The notes below the pieces were generated by a model. It saw nothing but the letters and a program-made list of their open reading frames with translations, did not search any database and was not told the origin of the DNA. Positions 26,360-40,709 of a stretch of DNA of 64,000 nt are shown in pieces. How positions within the stretch are numbered: the first letter of the stretch is position 1; each line of letters starts with the position of its first letter. The translations under genes and the position numbers were made by a program. Source of the stretch: Octopus vulgaris (Eukaryota). Where the stretch lies: NCBI GenBank assembly GCA_951406725.2, contig OX597832.1, positions 13,082,001-13,146,000 of the forward strand, written 5' to 3'.

Positions 26360-26892
26360 CATTCGTATATACACGCATACAACTATGGGTATTTCTTTGT
26401 GCTTGTGTTCGTAATTTATGATTGCATTCATTATAATGTATAAACTTTTCTGTGTATATTGTTTTGTATTTCACTTTTGATAATAATAACTGACCGTTCG
26501 TATTTTATCATTTTTGTTTTCACTTGTTTTTCAAGCGGTATGTTTGAACATAATTAATATTTCTAAACGTAAAATCTAAAATAATTACTCTCATCAAACA
26601 CTTAGCTAATTAATCATCATACAATTTCGTCTGATTGATGTGTTTTGCAATATTTGATGATAGGTAAAAGCCATTAATAATATAATAATGTTCGATTTGT
26701 GTTGAGAAATTGTATGGAAATAAATAACAAAAATTCATTATTTCATGATAAAGTGAAAAATAGAGCGATGTGAGAGGAAAATATATATGGAGAACGAGTA
26801 TATATAGACTATGCCCTCGTTCATGTATACAGATACATACATACATACATACATACATACACACATACACACACACACAGATGCGCGCACGT

Positions 26893-26923
<31 letters not shown>

Positions 26924-27037
26924 ATGTATATCTCTACAGCTATATGTGCATATATGTATGCAGGCATGTACGTATATATTAGGTATGCTTGTATGTATCT
27001 ATCTATACATATATATTATATCTGTCTATCTATCTAC

Positions 27038-27123
<86 letters not shown>

Positions 27124-27142
27124 GTCTGTCTATCTATCTATC

Positions 27143-27846
27143 TAATACAGAGAGTTGCTTATTTGCCAAAAAAAAAAAGAAATATAACATGTGACTTCAT
27201 TGACCGAGGTTACCGTGGTCTTTTCTGTAGGCTTTTCTTTCCACGGGTAAACCTCACCTGTCCTCCCCTTTACACTTCATATTGACATTTCTGTGATAAC
27301 GATCCCTATCGATCAATTTTTTTCCCTCCTCCCCCTTAAAAAAAATGTATTCCCCTTTTTTTTGTCCTCTTTCTTTCCCTTTACGATCCCTTTTGATCGA
27401 AAACCAAACCCCCTTTTTTTTACCCCCAAAAGAAAAGCTCTACCTTGTAATTTGTCCTGTCTGTGTGCAGCCCTGTGTGGCTAATAAAGAAACATATCTA
27501 TCTATCTATATGTCTGTCTATCTATCTATCTATCTAATACAGAGAGTTGCTTATTTGCCAAAAAAAAGAAATATAATGTGTGACTTCATTGACCGAGGTT
27601 ACCGTGGTCTTTTCTGTAGGCTTTTCTTTCCACGGGTAAACCTCACCTGTCCTCCCCTTTACACTTCATATTGACATTTCTGTGATAACGATCCCTATCG
27701 ATCAATTTTTTTCCCTCCTCTTTCTTTCCCTTTACGATCCCTTTTGATCGAAAACCAAACCCCCTTTTTTTTACCCCCAAAAGAAAAGCTCTACCTTGTA
27801 ATTTGTCCTGTCTGTGTGCAGCCCTGTGTGGCTAATAAAGAAACAT
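27143..27846 (+). repeat. Two tandem copies of a 310-350 bp unit embedded in (TATC)n
   Basis: About 27143-27495 and 27535-27846 are near-identical; second copy lacks about 40 bp; (TATC)n before, between and after. Confidence 0.92.
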
Positions 27847-27885
27847 ATCTATCTATCTATATGTCTGTCTGTCTCTTTCTCTCTC

Positions 27886-27948
<63 letters not shown>

Positions 27949-27964
27949 GTCTATCTATCTATCC

Positions 27965-28031
<67 letters not shown>

Positions 28032-29335
28032 CATCCATCTATATATCTAATATCTAATATTTATAAACTTATGCCTATGTATGTACATATATGTATGTGT
28101 ATCTTTTGAGAGCTGAAAATCTTACAATTCGTTAAAAAATGTTGCTCTTATTCTACCACAAGAGATTTTTGACCAATTACACTTTGGTAACCCAGTGTAA
28201 TGGAATAAGTAAGAGAATACTATAATACGATTATAATTTTTTTTCCGATGTTAAAAATGCCCGGCAAATTTCCATGAAACTACAACTAACTCTTTGAAAG
28301 GTCTTTGGGATGAGCTATGAATGGACGAATTATAGATACAAATCGCTTTTGCTTCTCAGTTGCTTTGGGCCACCTTCACACTTCTGCGAGCATACCTTTT
28401 CTGAAATAATATGCTCGTTTTCCCATTTTAAACTATTTGTTTTCATTGATATGAGCCATCCATCATTTAAGCCATCTAGAAGGTCATTTGTGGTTTGTCA
28501 ATGCTAGGTAGTTATCTTATTTGGCAGTCTTACTAAGAAGCCGAAATGTTTCGATGATTTTCTTCATAATATATATCGTTACTGACACAGACGTATATGT
28601 CACGTATAAGAAGTAAAAAAAAAATTGATAAATATAAATGATGCAAAAATAGCAAGTATAAATCAGAATAGTGTGTGTATAAATTAGATATATTCGTATG
28701 GGAACGGAAGACTGACGATTCACACATGAAGTTATAGATGATGCGAAAAAACAAATGAGAAAGAAAAACAGCGAAGTAGCTTTCAACACGACGATGAAGA
28801 ACTATTTTTACTGAACCAAGAGGAAATAGATATCACGCAGGAACTTTCACTTGAGCATTTATCTAAGACAGTTCTGCAGCATAAAATTTGCATCGCAACT
28901 TACCGATATATATGTAAACTATTACACAGGATGACTTTCCTTGTGATGCAGTCTATATTTTGCAGTAATATTAAAACCGTTTTGGTTAAACTTCTTTCGG
29001 TGGTTATCATGTTAGTGAACAAGCGCAAAAGCATGAACAAAACTTTTTACATTACATGTATATTCATTACTTTTGCTAAAATTTCGAACTGTATCTGTAA
29101 TGTTCCGTAACTAATTTACCGTTTCGTTTAACGAGTGAATGCTTGTGCTTGTAACATTTTACATTAAAATCATTTTCTGTCATTCAAATTTACGATTTCA
29201 CTAATGAGCTGGGTTTTCGGCTGTAAGGTTCAATACTCCAAGTAACTGTCAAAATATTTTAAATCTGGTATTCAAATCTGCTCCTGGTTATTGAATATTC
29301 AATATTTGATAAGCTTTGCAGTAATTTTATATATA

Positions 29336-29498
29336 GGCTGAGTGGCTGTGTGGTAAGTAGCTTACTTACCAACCACATGGTTCAGGGTTCAGTCCCACTG
29401 CGTGGCACCTTCGGCAAGTGTCTTCTACTCGGGCCAACCAAAGCCTTGTGAGTGGATTTGGTAGACGGAAACTGAAAGAACCTCGTCGTATATATGTT

Positions 29499-29588
<90 letters not shown>

Positions 29589-29783
29589 TGTGTGTGTGTT
29601 TGTCCCCCAGCACCGCTTGACAACCGATGCTGGTGGGTTTACGACCCCGTACCTTAGCGTTTCGGCAAAAAAGACCGATAGTATAAGTACTAGACTTACA
29701 AAGAAGAAGTCCTGGTATCGATTTGCTCGAGTAAAGACGGTGCTCCAGCATGGCTGCAGTCAAATTACTGAAACAAGTAAAAG
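29336..29783 (+). mobile_element. SINE family D, full length
   Basis: Head, CORE-like ccttcggcaagtgtcttctac block, internal (TA)n(TG)n, tail. Confidence 0.9.
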
Positions 29784-29882
29784 GGTATAGCAACGTCAGG
29801 AATTTTGAAACAAAAGCAATAAACGTTAATAACAGTTTCAGAATGAAGATCTTGTAATATCTATAGGATATTGGAGGAATAT

Positions 29883-30188
29883 GTGGAGGCGCAATGACCC
29901 AGTGGTTAGGGCAGCGGACTCGCAATCGGAGGATCGCGGTTTCGATTCCGAGACCGGGCGTTGTGTGTTTTTATTGAGCGAAAACACCTAAAAGCTCCAC
30001 AAGGCTCCTGCAGGGATTGGTCGCAACTCCTGTTGTACTCTTTCACCACTACTTTATCTCACTCTCTCTTCCTGTTTCTTGAGTAACGCTGCGATGGACT
30101 TGCGTCCCCTCCAGCTGGGGGGAACACATACGCCACAGAAACCGGGTCCATGAGCCTGGCTAGGCTTGAAAATGGCGACGTTTTTTTC
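29883..30188 (+). mobile_element. SINE family A, tail type iii
   Basis: Full head; imperfect TSD attggaKgaatat on both sides. Confidence 0.88.
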
Positions 30189-31191
30189 ATTGGATGAATA
30201 TATAAAAACTTCTTGGTTATGCTTGTGCGAACATTCGTGTTAAAATTCCACTATATTACAGGAATTTCTATTTCTAGTTTTGCGTTGATGAGCTACATAC
30301 CTTCGTATATATTCCAACTATTACAAGATACATTATAGATATATGAGTCTTGCAAAAGCATCCGCATATAAGGAAAGACAGGAAAAACGCCTTGTAACGC
30401 TGGAAACTAAATTATGGAGGTTATATGATATATGAATACAACACGTGTTTATATAAAATAATCTTACGTTGGTTCGTGGTAAAGGAAATATGTATTAGCG
30501 TCGAAATCTAATATTTGTCTATAAAATGGATTTACGCAACGTTGCTCACGGCACTAACTTTAATTCCAATTCACTAAACGTTTGTATAAAACCCTCCGTA
30601 CCTATCTGTCTACTTCATGCCAAATCATATTTCGTAAAAGAAATTATCTGTCATCACGAAAAATCAGGCCTTGCAGCATCACGAACACACAGACACATGC
30701 ATCGGATGCAAGACATATAAACCAACATTTCTTTATACATCTATCTATCTATCTATCTATTAAAAAACATCCATAGCTGCAACGAAAATATTTAGATCAT
30801 TTTACGTACCCAGTTAGAAAAGAAGGAAAAGTGATTACCTTATGTGTAAAATAAACTTGATATCTGGATCAGTGAGGTGTAATTGAGTATGAAGTTATTA
30901 CCGAAAGCTATTGGCTAGTAATAAGCGTTTAAAACCACAAAATCAAAACATACATATTTTTCTTACATCAGATTTGTTATTAAACATTCTACAAAAAGCA
31001 TGCTTATTGTTCCATAACAAGAGTTTCACCATCTTTTTAACTCATAATATAAACAGATAATACACACACTCATACATTTCCTGGAAAAACTGCCCAGAAA
31101 AGATTTTGCATGTTTGACTAACTTACATATAGCAGAATTGTTCTAATAATCCAGGAGTGTGTGTATGTATGTATGTATGTATGTATGTATG

Positions 31192-31222
<31 letters not shown>

Positions 31223-31490
31223 GTATGTATGTATGAATGTATGTATGAATGTATATATGTATGTATGTATGTATGTATGATTGTATGTATGTATGAATGT
31301 ATGTATGTATGTATGTATGCATGTGTGTATGTGTTCCTGCATGCATGCATACATGCAAAGACATAATATATACAAATGTATACAAATTTATATATTTATT
31401 CATGACTATATAATTTTGTATACACCAACATCCCTTATGTGTGTGTGTGTGTGTGTGTGCATACATGTATGTATTTATATATGGCAATAT

Positions 31491-31705
31491 GTGGGAGGCA
31501 CGTGGCTTAGTGGTTAAGACGTTGGGCTTACGATAGTAAGATTGTGGTTTCGGTTCCTGCAACGGGCGATGCGTTGTGCTCTTGAGCAAGGCACTTCATT
31601 TCACGTTGCTCCAGTCCTCTCAGTTGTAGAAATGAGATTAGCCTGGAGAGGGACGGGCTTCGCCAGGCTTCCTCGCCCTACACACTCTGCATGTTAAAAA
31701 AGGGT
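31491..31705 (+). mobile_element. SINE family C with a distinct tail
   Basis: tggcttagtggttaag head, cttgagcaaggcacttcatttcacgttgctcc block. Confidence 0.78.
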
Positions 31706-31814
31706 TAAAGGATTTTTCAGTTGTTATCATAATAATATATGTGTGTGTGTATCTTACATATAGAAAAACGGAATGTATGCCCTATTGGTTTCTCATTGAC
31801 TTGTATATATGTGA

Positions 31815-32075
31815 GTGCGCATGGCCTAGTGGTTAAGGCGTTGTGCTCACGATCTAGCAATCGTAAGTTCAGTACCTAGCTCGGAAGGTGGTGTGTGTTA
31901 TTAAGCAAAGGGATTCATCTCAAGTTCCTCTGTGATCACTCCAACACCTGACTTGTTGTATACAGTGCAACTTTTCAGGCAACGTCGATTTGGTGGACAA
32001 GAGAGTAAGCTAGTATGCGGCACGAACATTTGATCACTATAAACAAATCGTTTTGTGCTGGACGTTCGGCAAAAG
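31815..32075 (+). mobile_element. Old tRNA-headed SINE (related copy about 58610-58830)
   Basis: tggcctagtggttaagg head; shared ttcatctcaagt.cctctgtgatcact and tgatc.ctataaaca blocks. Confidence 0.65.
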
Positions 32076-32194
32076 CTGTCGTCATCATGCTCATACATTG
32101 TTGTCATCGTCATCATATTTATCCCCACCACAACCATCATCATCATCATCATCATCGTTATTATATTTATATCTAATCTTTTACTATCTTTTTG

Positions 32195-32610
32195 TTTTTT
32201 TTACTTGTTTTGGTCATTTGACAGCGGCCATGCAGGAGCACCGCCTTTAGTCGAGCAAATCGACCCCAGAACTTATTCTTTGTAAGGTTAGTACTTATTC
32301 TATCGGTCTCTTTTGCCGAACCGCTAAGTTACGGGGACGTAAACACACCAGCATCGGTTTTCAAGCGATGTTGGGGCGACAAACATAGACAAACAAAGAC
32401 ACACATACACACGCATATATATATACATATATATATACATATATACGACGAGCTTCTTTCAGTTTACGTCTATCAAATCCACTCACAAGGCTTTGGTCGG
32501 CCCAACGCTATAGTAGAAGACACTTGCCCAAGGTGCCACGCAGTGGAACTGAACCCGGAACCATGTCGTTCGTAAGCAAGCTACTTACCACACAGCCACT
32601 CCTACGCCTA
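32195..32610 (-). mobile_element. SINE family D, full length
   Basis: Reverse complement of the 29336-29783 type. Confidence 0.9.
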
Positions 32611-32924
32611 CTATATAGAGTATGGTGAAATATTAACTTGTAAATAGATGGGGGTTTGTAACAGGAAGGACATTTGTTTATAGAACATCCCTCTGGTCCA
32701 TGTAAGCAAAATAAGTGGATGCCCATATATTTACTCGATTGCTGACATTCATCAATAGTTTCTCTAATTGTCTCGATGAGACATTTCTATCATTAATAAA
32801 ACTTTTATGGACGTGACAGGCATGCTTTTGTACATATATTATACATGTGTATACGTATATGGCAGTTTGTTTCGATTACATATAAATCGTCAATTTATCA
32901 TGTGTGCATGATTAATCATCAATT

Positions 32925-33275
32925 ACTATTCTTCATATTCGAGTCTATTTCGAAACAGCAAATTTTGGTCGATACAGGGGCTGCATGTAGTATTAGGCCT
33001 GTCCACCTGCTTTCTGACTTGCGTAAAATTCTACATCACTGCATCGCGGAAATACCGCATCCTATCTTCGAAGCTGACTTCTTACACCATTTTGGTCTTC
33101 CAGTCAATTTAAGGCACAAATGGTTAAGCGTTACCAGAACTGAGTTACCAGAACAGGGTATGACTTCAAGACCTTTTACCGTCCGTCCATTCTTTTTGTT
33201 TCGTCTATATCCAATCGAAATTCTACAGTGATTTCTGAGCATTACTTGTACTGTGTTCCATAACAAGAATATAGG
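32925..33275 (+). pseudogene. Gypsy-type LTR retrotransposon aspartic protease relic
   Basis: ILVDTGAACSIRP and IAEIPHPIFEADFLHHFGLPVNLR match the retropepsin DTGA and ILGADFL motifs; internally deleted. Confidence 0.75.
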
Positions 33276-33844
33276 TTAACTGGATTTCAATAAAAATCTA
33301 TTTTGGGTCCCCTAGAGGGGGACCCATTATAGATATGATAAAATGAGAAGGGTGAAAAGAGTGTTAGTGCGAGGGGAATTTAGTAGCATAGTGAGTGTGA
33401 CTGATATCTGGGAAGCAGAGAACAGTGTTGTGTAACATACAAATATGGGGTGGCACTGGGAGGAAAAACGTTAATACAACTGTTATACACACGCGAGCTG
33501 TATACATACTTTCGTAAATACATAGATACAATCAAACACTCACACACACTCTACACACTCTACGCGCACCCACATACATACTCACGTACACAAGCACATA
33601 AGTAACTATTAAAATGCCGAGGAGAGGAAAGAAAAGGGTGTGTGAAGAACACGTAGAGAGGGAGTAGGTGGCTTTTCAGCTGTCCATCGCAAAGAAGCAC
33701 TAACACACACACACACATAGAACCACACACACATACACATGCATACATACATATGCGCACTCTTAACCTTTCTGTCCCCCTCCCTCTCTCATCCTTCATT
33801 CTTTCTGGTTTCCTTTTCTTCTAACCTTACTGTCTCTCTCTCTC

Positions 33845-34475
33845 TCATTCTTTATTCTTTCTGGTTTTCTCAACAACCCTTTCCTTTCTTCTCTCCCTTT
33901 CTCTTACTCCTCCTCCTCATCCTCCTCCTCCCGTCGCTGACATGCGAAGAGAAGGCCACTACTGTCTTTCTGACCCGGATTACTTCAAGTGTAGACGGCT
34001 TTCCCTGTCTCTCTCGCCGTTTTCAAAGCGTTTAAAATATTTTTTCATTCGTTCTGGCTTAACAGCCCCCAATGTTCGTGTTACTGTTATTCTCCTTGTC
34101 CTGTCTTTTACTGTATATATTTTGTATTGTTTTTACTGTCCTGTTTTTGTTACCATTTTTACTCCTCCGCAAAAAATCTCAAATTTTATTTAATTTACTT
34201 TTGCGGGAAGCACTGTTTCAACGAAATCGTGTCTCGCCTTTATCTTCGAAACGCGGAGTAGATGAAACAGAGGCGGATGAAGAAGGGGAATGTTCCTTGT
34301 GTTGTATGTATTGTACTCAATATTTCGTTGTTTAAGAAAAATGTCCATTTCCTTGGTTTTGTGTTTATGTTTTCGTTTCTCATTGTGTTCGACGTTCTTT
34401 TGGTGACCTGTACCCATATATGCATGTATATATACATATAGATGTAGGTACGTACATGTTTTATTCATTATTTTG

Positions 34476-34478
<3 letters not shown>
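33845..34478 (+). mobile_element. Dispersed repeat family E, copy 2
   Basis: Homology to 22620-23250. Confidence 0.8.
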
Positions 34479-34516
<38 letters not shown>

Positions 34517-34959
34517 CATACATACGTACATACATATGTCTACTAGTCATCGTTTTAAACTGGTGATTACCTGTGTGGGCACTTGCAAACGAGTGTGCTT
34601 GTGTGTGTGGTTGTGTGTGTGCGCGCGTGTGCGTTTGTGTGCTCGCGCGTGTGTGTGGGACGTCCTATAACTGTTTGTCTCTACGTTTGTAGGGCTTTCT
34701 CTGTTGATATCACATATAGTGAAATTTTAAAATTCCGTCAAAAATTTCAACTTTGGTGCACTGAGATAATTTTACACCTTAAATCCAATTTTGTTAAGTT
34801 CTTGTTGAAAAAAAAAATCTTACATGGGTTTAAAGTTTTAGTAAAATCTTACACGAGTTTAAAGTTTAATCAATTTTACCTAATCAGAAAACAGAATTTG
34901 GAAGCTGGCATTTTCTGCATGATAGCTGTCTATCACAAAATGGAAGCAAAATCATAACG

Positions 34960-35215
34960 TGGAGGACTATTTATTAAACAAACTTCTGAAGATTAAGAAG
35001 TCATAAGATTGAATAAAGTCATGTGAAACGTTCGAACAGACATGTAGATGATCCAGAAAGGAATTCAGAAAGGATTTTAGGAAAAACTGTACAAATCTGT
35101 CCTGATCATGTGGCTTATCTATTGGGGAAGGCATGGTCGGACATGAAATAAACAAAAAATTATATAACACATTCTCTTGTAATAATTGCCCGGCAATAAC
35201 GGGCTATTCAGCTAG
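34960..35215 (+). mobile_element. Helitron 3' terminus (5' boundary uncertain)
   Basis: Hairpin gcccg-gcaataa-cgggc (35188-35204), then CTAG (35212-35215) followed by T. Confidence 0.7.
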
Positions 35216-35382
35216 TGTACATATATATGCATAAATATATGTGTACATACATTACATAACATAATTATATATATACACATATATTATAGGCACAGGTTCA
35301 TATTTCTGTACTTGTATGTATATATATATATATATATAATCCCATAAACATAAGCATACAAACATATATGTGTGTGTGGGCG

Positions 35383-35428
<46 letters not shown>

Positions 35429-36239
35429 GTGTATATATGTATGTAAATATATATATATGTGTATCTGTGTTTATATACATAATTGTGATATGTTTAAACA
35501 CGCACCTCTCTATGTATATACACAGCCACGCACAGACACACACGAGAAGATGCGGTATTGAAACGTTGACCTATACGACACGAGGCATTGGACTCAAATA
35601 GCAAATGTGCTTATTATGAACATAACTATCCAATTTACGCAACTTTCCAACAGTGTTGCTTCATTGAACATAAGAAGTAGATAATTATACAAAATTCCGT
35701 GCAAAATTATCTCTTCAAAATATTGAAAGAATATCCTGTTATCGTTTTAATGGAGCATTATCAGACTCGAAGTATTATCATAAGATAATCATCTGTAAGT
35801 TACGATGGTATTCCATAATCAAGTTATTACAATTATATTTTAGAGATCGTTGAAAGGGATTTCACATTGAATGCAGAGTGGAAAATGTATTATGTTAGTA
35901 TAATACAAACTGATTTAGAGAAGCATTAACACTTGCTAATCTTCTTTCCTAAAACATAGCTATTGTTAACTAAATAAATAAATGAGTAACTCAATGAATG
36001 AACGAATGAATGAATGCGTACATAGAAGAATGAATGAATGCTGGAATGAAGAAGGCAGGATGATAAGATAAAATAAAGGAGATTGAGTGAAAGAATATAA
36101 CAAAAATAATATTAAATATTATTAATATTATCGACAAAGGTTGTAATAATATTTGGACAGAAATAGAAGAGGAGGGAGAGAAAAAGAATAAAGATAAGAC
36201 TAAAAGAAGTATATTGTGAACAGAGAAAAAAGGAAAAAG

Positions 36240-36264
36240 AAGAGAAGGAGGAGGAGAATAAGAA

Positions 36265-36295
<31 letters not shown>

Positions 36296-36346
36296 AAGAA
36301 GAAGAAGAAGAAGAAGAAGAAGAAGAAGAAGAAGAAGAAGAAGAAG
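36240..36346. repeat. (GAA)n tract
   Basis: Directly visible. Confidence 0.95.
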
Positions 36347-36702
36347 ATAAAATTGAAGAAGATGAAACGTAATTAGTTTTATATATGAGGGTGGTGACAA
36401 ATTATTGATGGGCTAATGAAACAAAAACTGATTATTAAATTACGTGAGTAATAAAATTGGAGTTGAAGGTGATATATTAATGGCTGGAGTTATTATGATT
36501 TTTTTCTTTTTATCTTTTTTTTTATACTTGTTTCAATCATTGGACGGCGGCCAAAGAAGGGCATCGCATTAAAGTGTTTAGTCAAAGAAATCGACCTCAA
36601 TATGTACGGTTTTTATGATCGCTTCCTATTCCGTCTTTCATTGTGGCCGAACCGCCAATGTATGGCGATCCCCATGTCTGTCTGTATGCATGTATGTATA
36701 CC

Positions 36703-36744
<42 letters not shown>

Positions 36745-36774
36745 TATATACATACGCACATCTACATATGTATG

Positions 36775-36807
<33 letters not shown>

Positions 36808-36876
36808 GCATGTGTGTATACATATATGTATATATGTATATATATATATATATTTATATAAATGTACATATATGAA

Positions 36877-36910
<34 letters not shown>

Positions 36911-37137
36911 AATATATGCATGTATGTAATTATATATACACACAACCCCATACATATATGTATAGCTATATATGTACCTGCGTGTATATACATATGTATA
37001 AATGTATTTTTACTCATTTACCCTTTCTTATTTTTATTCCTTTCTCCCCTCTTCTTCTGTCCCCTCTCTCTCATGTCTACCGACTTACAAAACCCATTTA
37101 TGTCTATCTTACTTTCTCGCTATATATATATATATAT

Positions 37138-37315
37138 AAAAAGGACCTGGACAAATTTCTATCTGAAATCCCATCTGAAGCCACCACGGCAGGAGACGCA
37201 AAGAACAGCAGTTGCGTCCATCTCGTTTTTTCGTCCAAAACAGTACAGAAAGGAGACGCCGAATCACTGAAAATCGGTGCTCCAGCATGGACCCAGCTTT
37301 TGGGTGAAACCAGTT
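37138..37315 (+). mobile_element. CR1-group LINE 3' end fragment
   Basis: KKDLDKFLSEIPSE and tail cggtgctccagcatgg..tgaaac, paralleling 20340-20720. Confidence 0.7.
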
Positions 37316-40054
37316 AACGAACACATGTCTGAAAAGAATACACAAACACACACACACATAGATACATACACGAAGAACTTCTATAAAAAACCGTTTACAT
37401 AACATTGGCCGGCCCATAGCTGTACATGGAAACACCTGTTCAAAGTATTGCTCTGGCAAATGCATTCGAAACAACGTGGTAGTATAGCATGCTTCTTAAC
37501 GATACGTATATGTTTTAGGATAACCATTTGTTGTAATAGAAACTCTGTCAGCATTTTGTTTGTAGGAATAACAGATGATTTCATCGGCATGCAATGCTCT
37601 GACAGTAGTAATTGCATGAATCCTCATAAAGAAGAGAAAGTGACGTAATTCAACAATGTAAACTATTTAGTCAACAATCTATCGAGTTTGCCTATCTACG
37701 AGCACACGACAACTGTTGTTGCTATTACTACTACAACTACTGCTCTTCTTCCTCCTCCACCTCCTCCTCCTCCTTCTACTACTGCTACTACTACTAGTAC
37801 TGCTGCTGCTGCTTTTGCTGTTGTTGTTGTTGTTGCTAAGCAACAAGACGAGGAAGGGGGATTAAGTGATGGTCTAGGGCTTAGGAGCGGGAAACCCCAG
37901 ACTTTGGAAAAAAAAAACTTTGGTCGTCTTGTTGTAGTTGAGGGCTATACGTTGACGTCCGACACCACTGGGAGGTGGCCTTCGAAGTCGCTGGAAATGG
38001 AGATCTCCAGGTCCAAATTCTCGAACGACTGCTGCTGTTGTTGCTGCTACTGATGCTGCAGTTACTGTTGCTAGAAGCATGAACATGAATAATAATTTTC
38101 TTGATTTAACCTTAAGGCCATCAATAACATAGGAGTTAGTCGATTAATTTGACAACTGATTTCATATTCGGCACAAGATCAGGGATTTCAAGGTGGGCTA
38201 AGTCGATTATTTCGACCCCTATGTTCAACGGTGCTCATTTAACGACCTCGTATGTATGAAAGGCAAAATCAACGTCGGCTGCATGTAAACAGTGGTTAGC
38301 TGAATTTTATTCGCTGATTTTTCTCCAATCTACTTCTCGTATTTGTTTACGGCTGTGTCGATCACCAAGATGTGCACTGTGAGATGGTGAAGTCTTACAT
38401 GTATGTCGCTGCAGAGCTTCAGTTTGTTGACTTTTCACGAAATGCCCCTTAAAAATTCTAGTCTCTACTTTAGTGGCTCAAGAGTCAGTACATGCAGACG
38501 AAAGAAAAATGTATTGCTTTAACGAACAAAGGATGAAATACCGAATTGTTCAGAGAAGTAGCCATTCACTCAAAACGCTGAGCAGCTGTCTCTATTCTTT
38601 GCAGTAATCCAGCAGCGGATGTCGAGACCGAACAAAAGTAAAAAAAAAACAACAACAACAACAAAAACTAACACTTAAGAAGACCTATAAAAAAGACAGT
38701 TACCAAATATTCTTCATCTTCATCAAAGTCTTTCAGCTAAGTTCATCCTCATCAAAAGCTTTCAAGTGACCTTAATTGATCTGGCCCCAACGAATGCTAA
38801 GTTACGAACTCACCCTCTCTATTATATATAGCATGAGATAGAGGTATTCGTGGCTAGATCTGTTTGGGATAGTGCTTGCTGTTTTATCACCAGTTGGACC
38901 ATCGCCGACACGCATTATCCCCTTCGCTAACAATCTGGTCAAGATTATGTAATGCACCACTCACAGAATTTGGGGTCTAAAATTATTGAAGTCATCCCTT
39001 GTTTAAGTCCTTTTTCAGTGGCGCCGTTGCTTTTCGACTGACAATACTCACTCTTTGCTGCCAGTTGCGGCAGAATATCTGCCAACGGATGTCGAAAAAG
39101 TTCTGACATATGAAAATAAACCTCATGGGTCTGATCATTCAGACAAGGTTATCTATTCTTCTTACAACAAATAAACACTCCCTGTGTTTCCACTGTTGTT
39201 AACAGCTTTTCGCATCATTTTGCTTTTCTTACACAGAGGGATATCGTGTAGGCATAGAAATCCAGCCTGAGTTTCATCTCGACACTCGACCCGAGCAGAT
39301 CGGAACTAACACGCTCCCATTTTGTTCGACCAAAAACAGATTTAAAGCTTTATTATCACGTTGCCCTCTGCAGCTAGAGCCCATCAAATAGCTTTCGGCC
39401 CTTTGAGTTTTATGCAGCAAAGCGACATCCCTTCGCGTTGAAGAATTCGTAGAGGTTCAATCTCACCGCAAATACGTGGGTTGCTATAATATTCTGATGT
39501 GATACTTCGCATATTTTAACTAATTCTTCCTTTATTCGAGTTTTCTTTCTTGCTTACACTTCGACTCTATACTATGCTTCCCGGCAATTGTTGTTGTCGA
39601 CTGCCCTCATTCTAATGCCCTCCTCTCAGTGGGCCAAGCTTTGATACAGGGAGTGATTTATTCTACTTCCAGTACCGGGTCCCTACCTCCGAGTCCTATG
39701 TAGATTGCCCGTACAGAAGATAAATTTATATTCTACGTAGCCGATGATATTAATTTGTGGAAAACCTGTTCTATCCTTTTCTGCGAGCCTCTAAAATGCT
39801 CAATGTAGATAAAATCTGGATAACCCCATGGGATTTTTAAAACGTTATATGCGTGCTGCAATATTTAGATGATTATTTCGTGTACTGGAATGGATGCTAA
39901 TATAAATTAATTGTTGTGTGTGAAACTTGCATGCTGGTGGATGCGACCCATTATTTTTCTTTGATAGTTTTTTTATAACTGCGTAAGTCTTTTCTTCCTT
40001 CGTTTCATCTTGTGTTGTGTGTTGTGTTGGTGAATGTGTTTGCTATAAGTTGTG

Positions 40055-40333
40055 TTAGTGTTTGTAATGGAGGCTTGTAATGGAGCTGTAAGTGATAGTG
40101 GTGGTGGTGGTGAGTTCTACCTCGTCAGTATTTATTTGAGGTTTTGATATATCTTTGCTCCGGCTGTTGTCATTAATGCTGTTGTTGTTATTGATTCGGC
40201 TTTTAATATTGTTAATTATTACTGTGTCTGTAGAACTGTGTGGTGGGAGATGTTCCATTCGAAATACAGTTTCACCTTTAAAACTACCTCCTATCTTCCT
40301 CTGTTTCCGGTTCGCTAACAAAGAAGAAGCCAT
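40055..40333 (-). other. 92-codon ORF of unknown nature (decayed retroelement ORF1 start or orphan exon)
   Basis: ATG in aaaATGg context, non-repetitive N-terminus, upstream polypyrimidine tract plus AG at 40439-40440; no recognisable domain. Confidence 0.25.
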
Positions 40334-40569
40334 TTTGAAAATTTTTGCTTTGCATTCGTAAAAGTTTCTTTCTTTTAAAAATTTGCCACGAAGGGCAAGT
40401 AACGAAAAGGTTGACTAGTCCGTTATAGTTCTAGTCATCTTAATAATAAGGGAGAAAAAAGTTAAACAAAAGTGACCCTCAAAAAAGAAACAAAGGAAAC
40501 AAAATAAAACAAAATGCAACAATGAAAACAAAAACACGTTATGCATCGACGATGAACAGCGACAACAGT

Positions 40570-40573
40570 AATA

Positions 40574-40605
<32 letters not shown>

Positions 40606-40649
40606 ATAAAAATAATAAAGAAAATAATCATAATAATAATAATAATAAT

Positions 40650-40709
<60 letters not shown>

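Noticed and set aside
27020-28047. Repeat-spacer appearance suggestive of CRISPR
   Set aside because: Eukaryotic microsatellite with a duplicated unit; no short direct repeats with unique spacers and no cas genes
37381-38086. Overlapping short ORFs and an 11-bp inverted repeat (37841-37851 / 37924-37934)
   Set aside because: No motif or splice support; partly simple repeats; the inverted repeat is short and adjacent to (GTT)n
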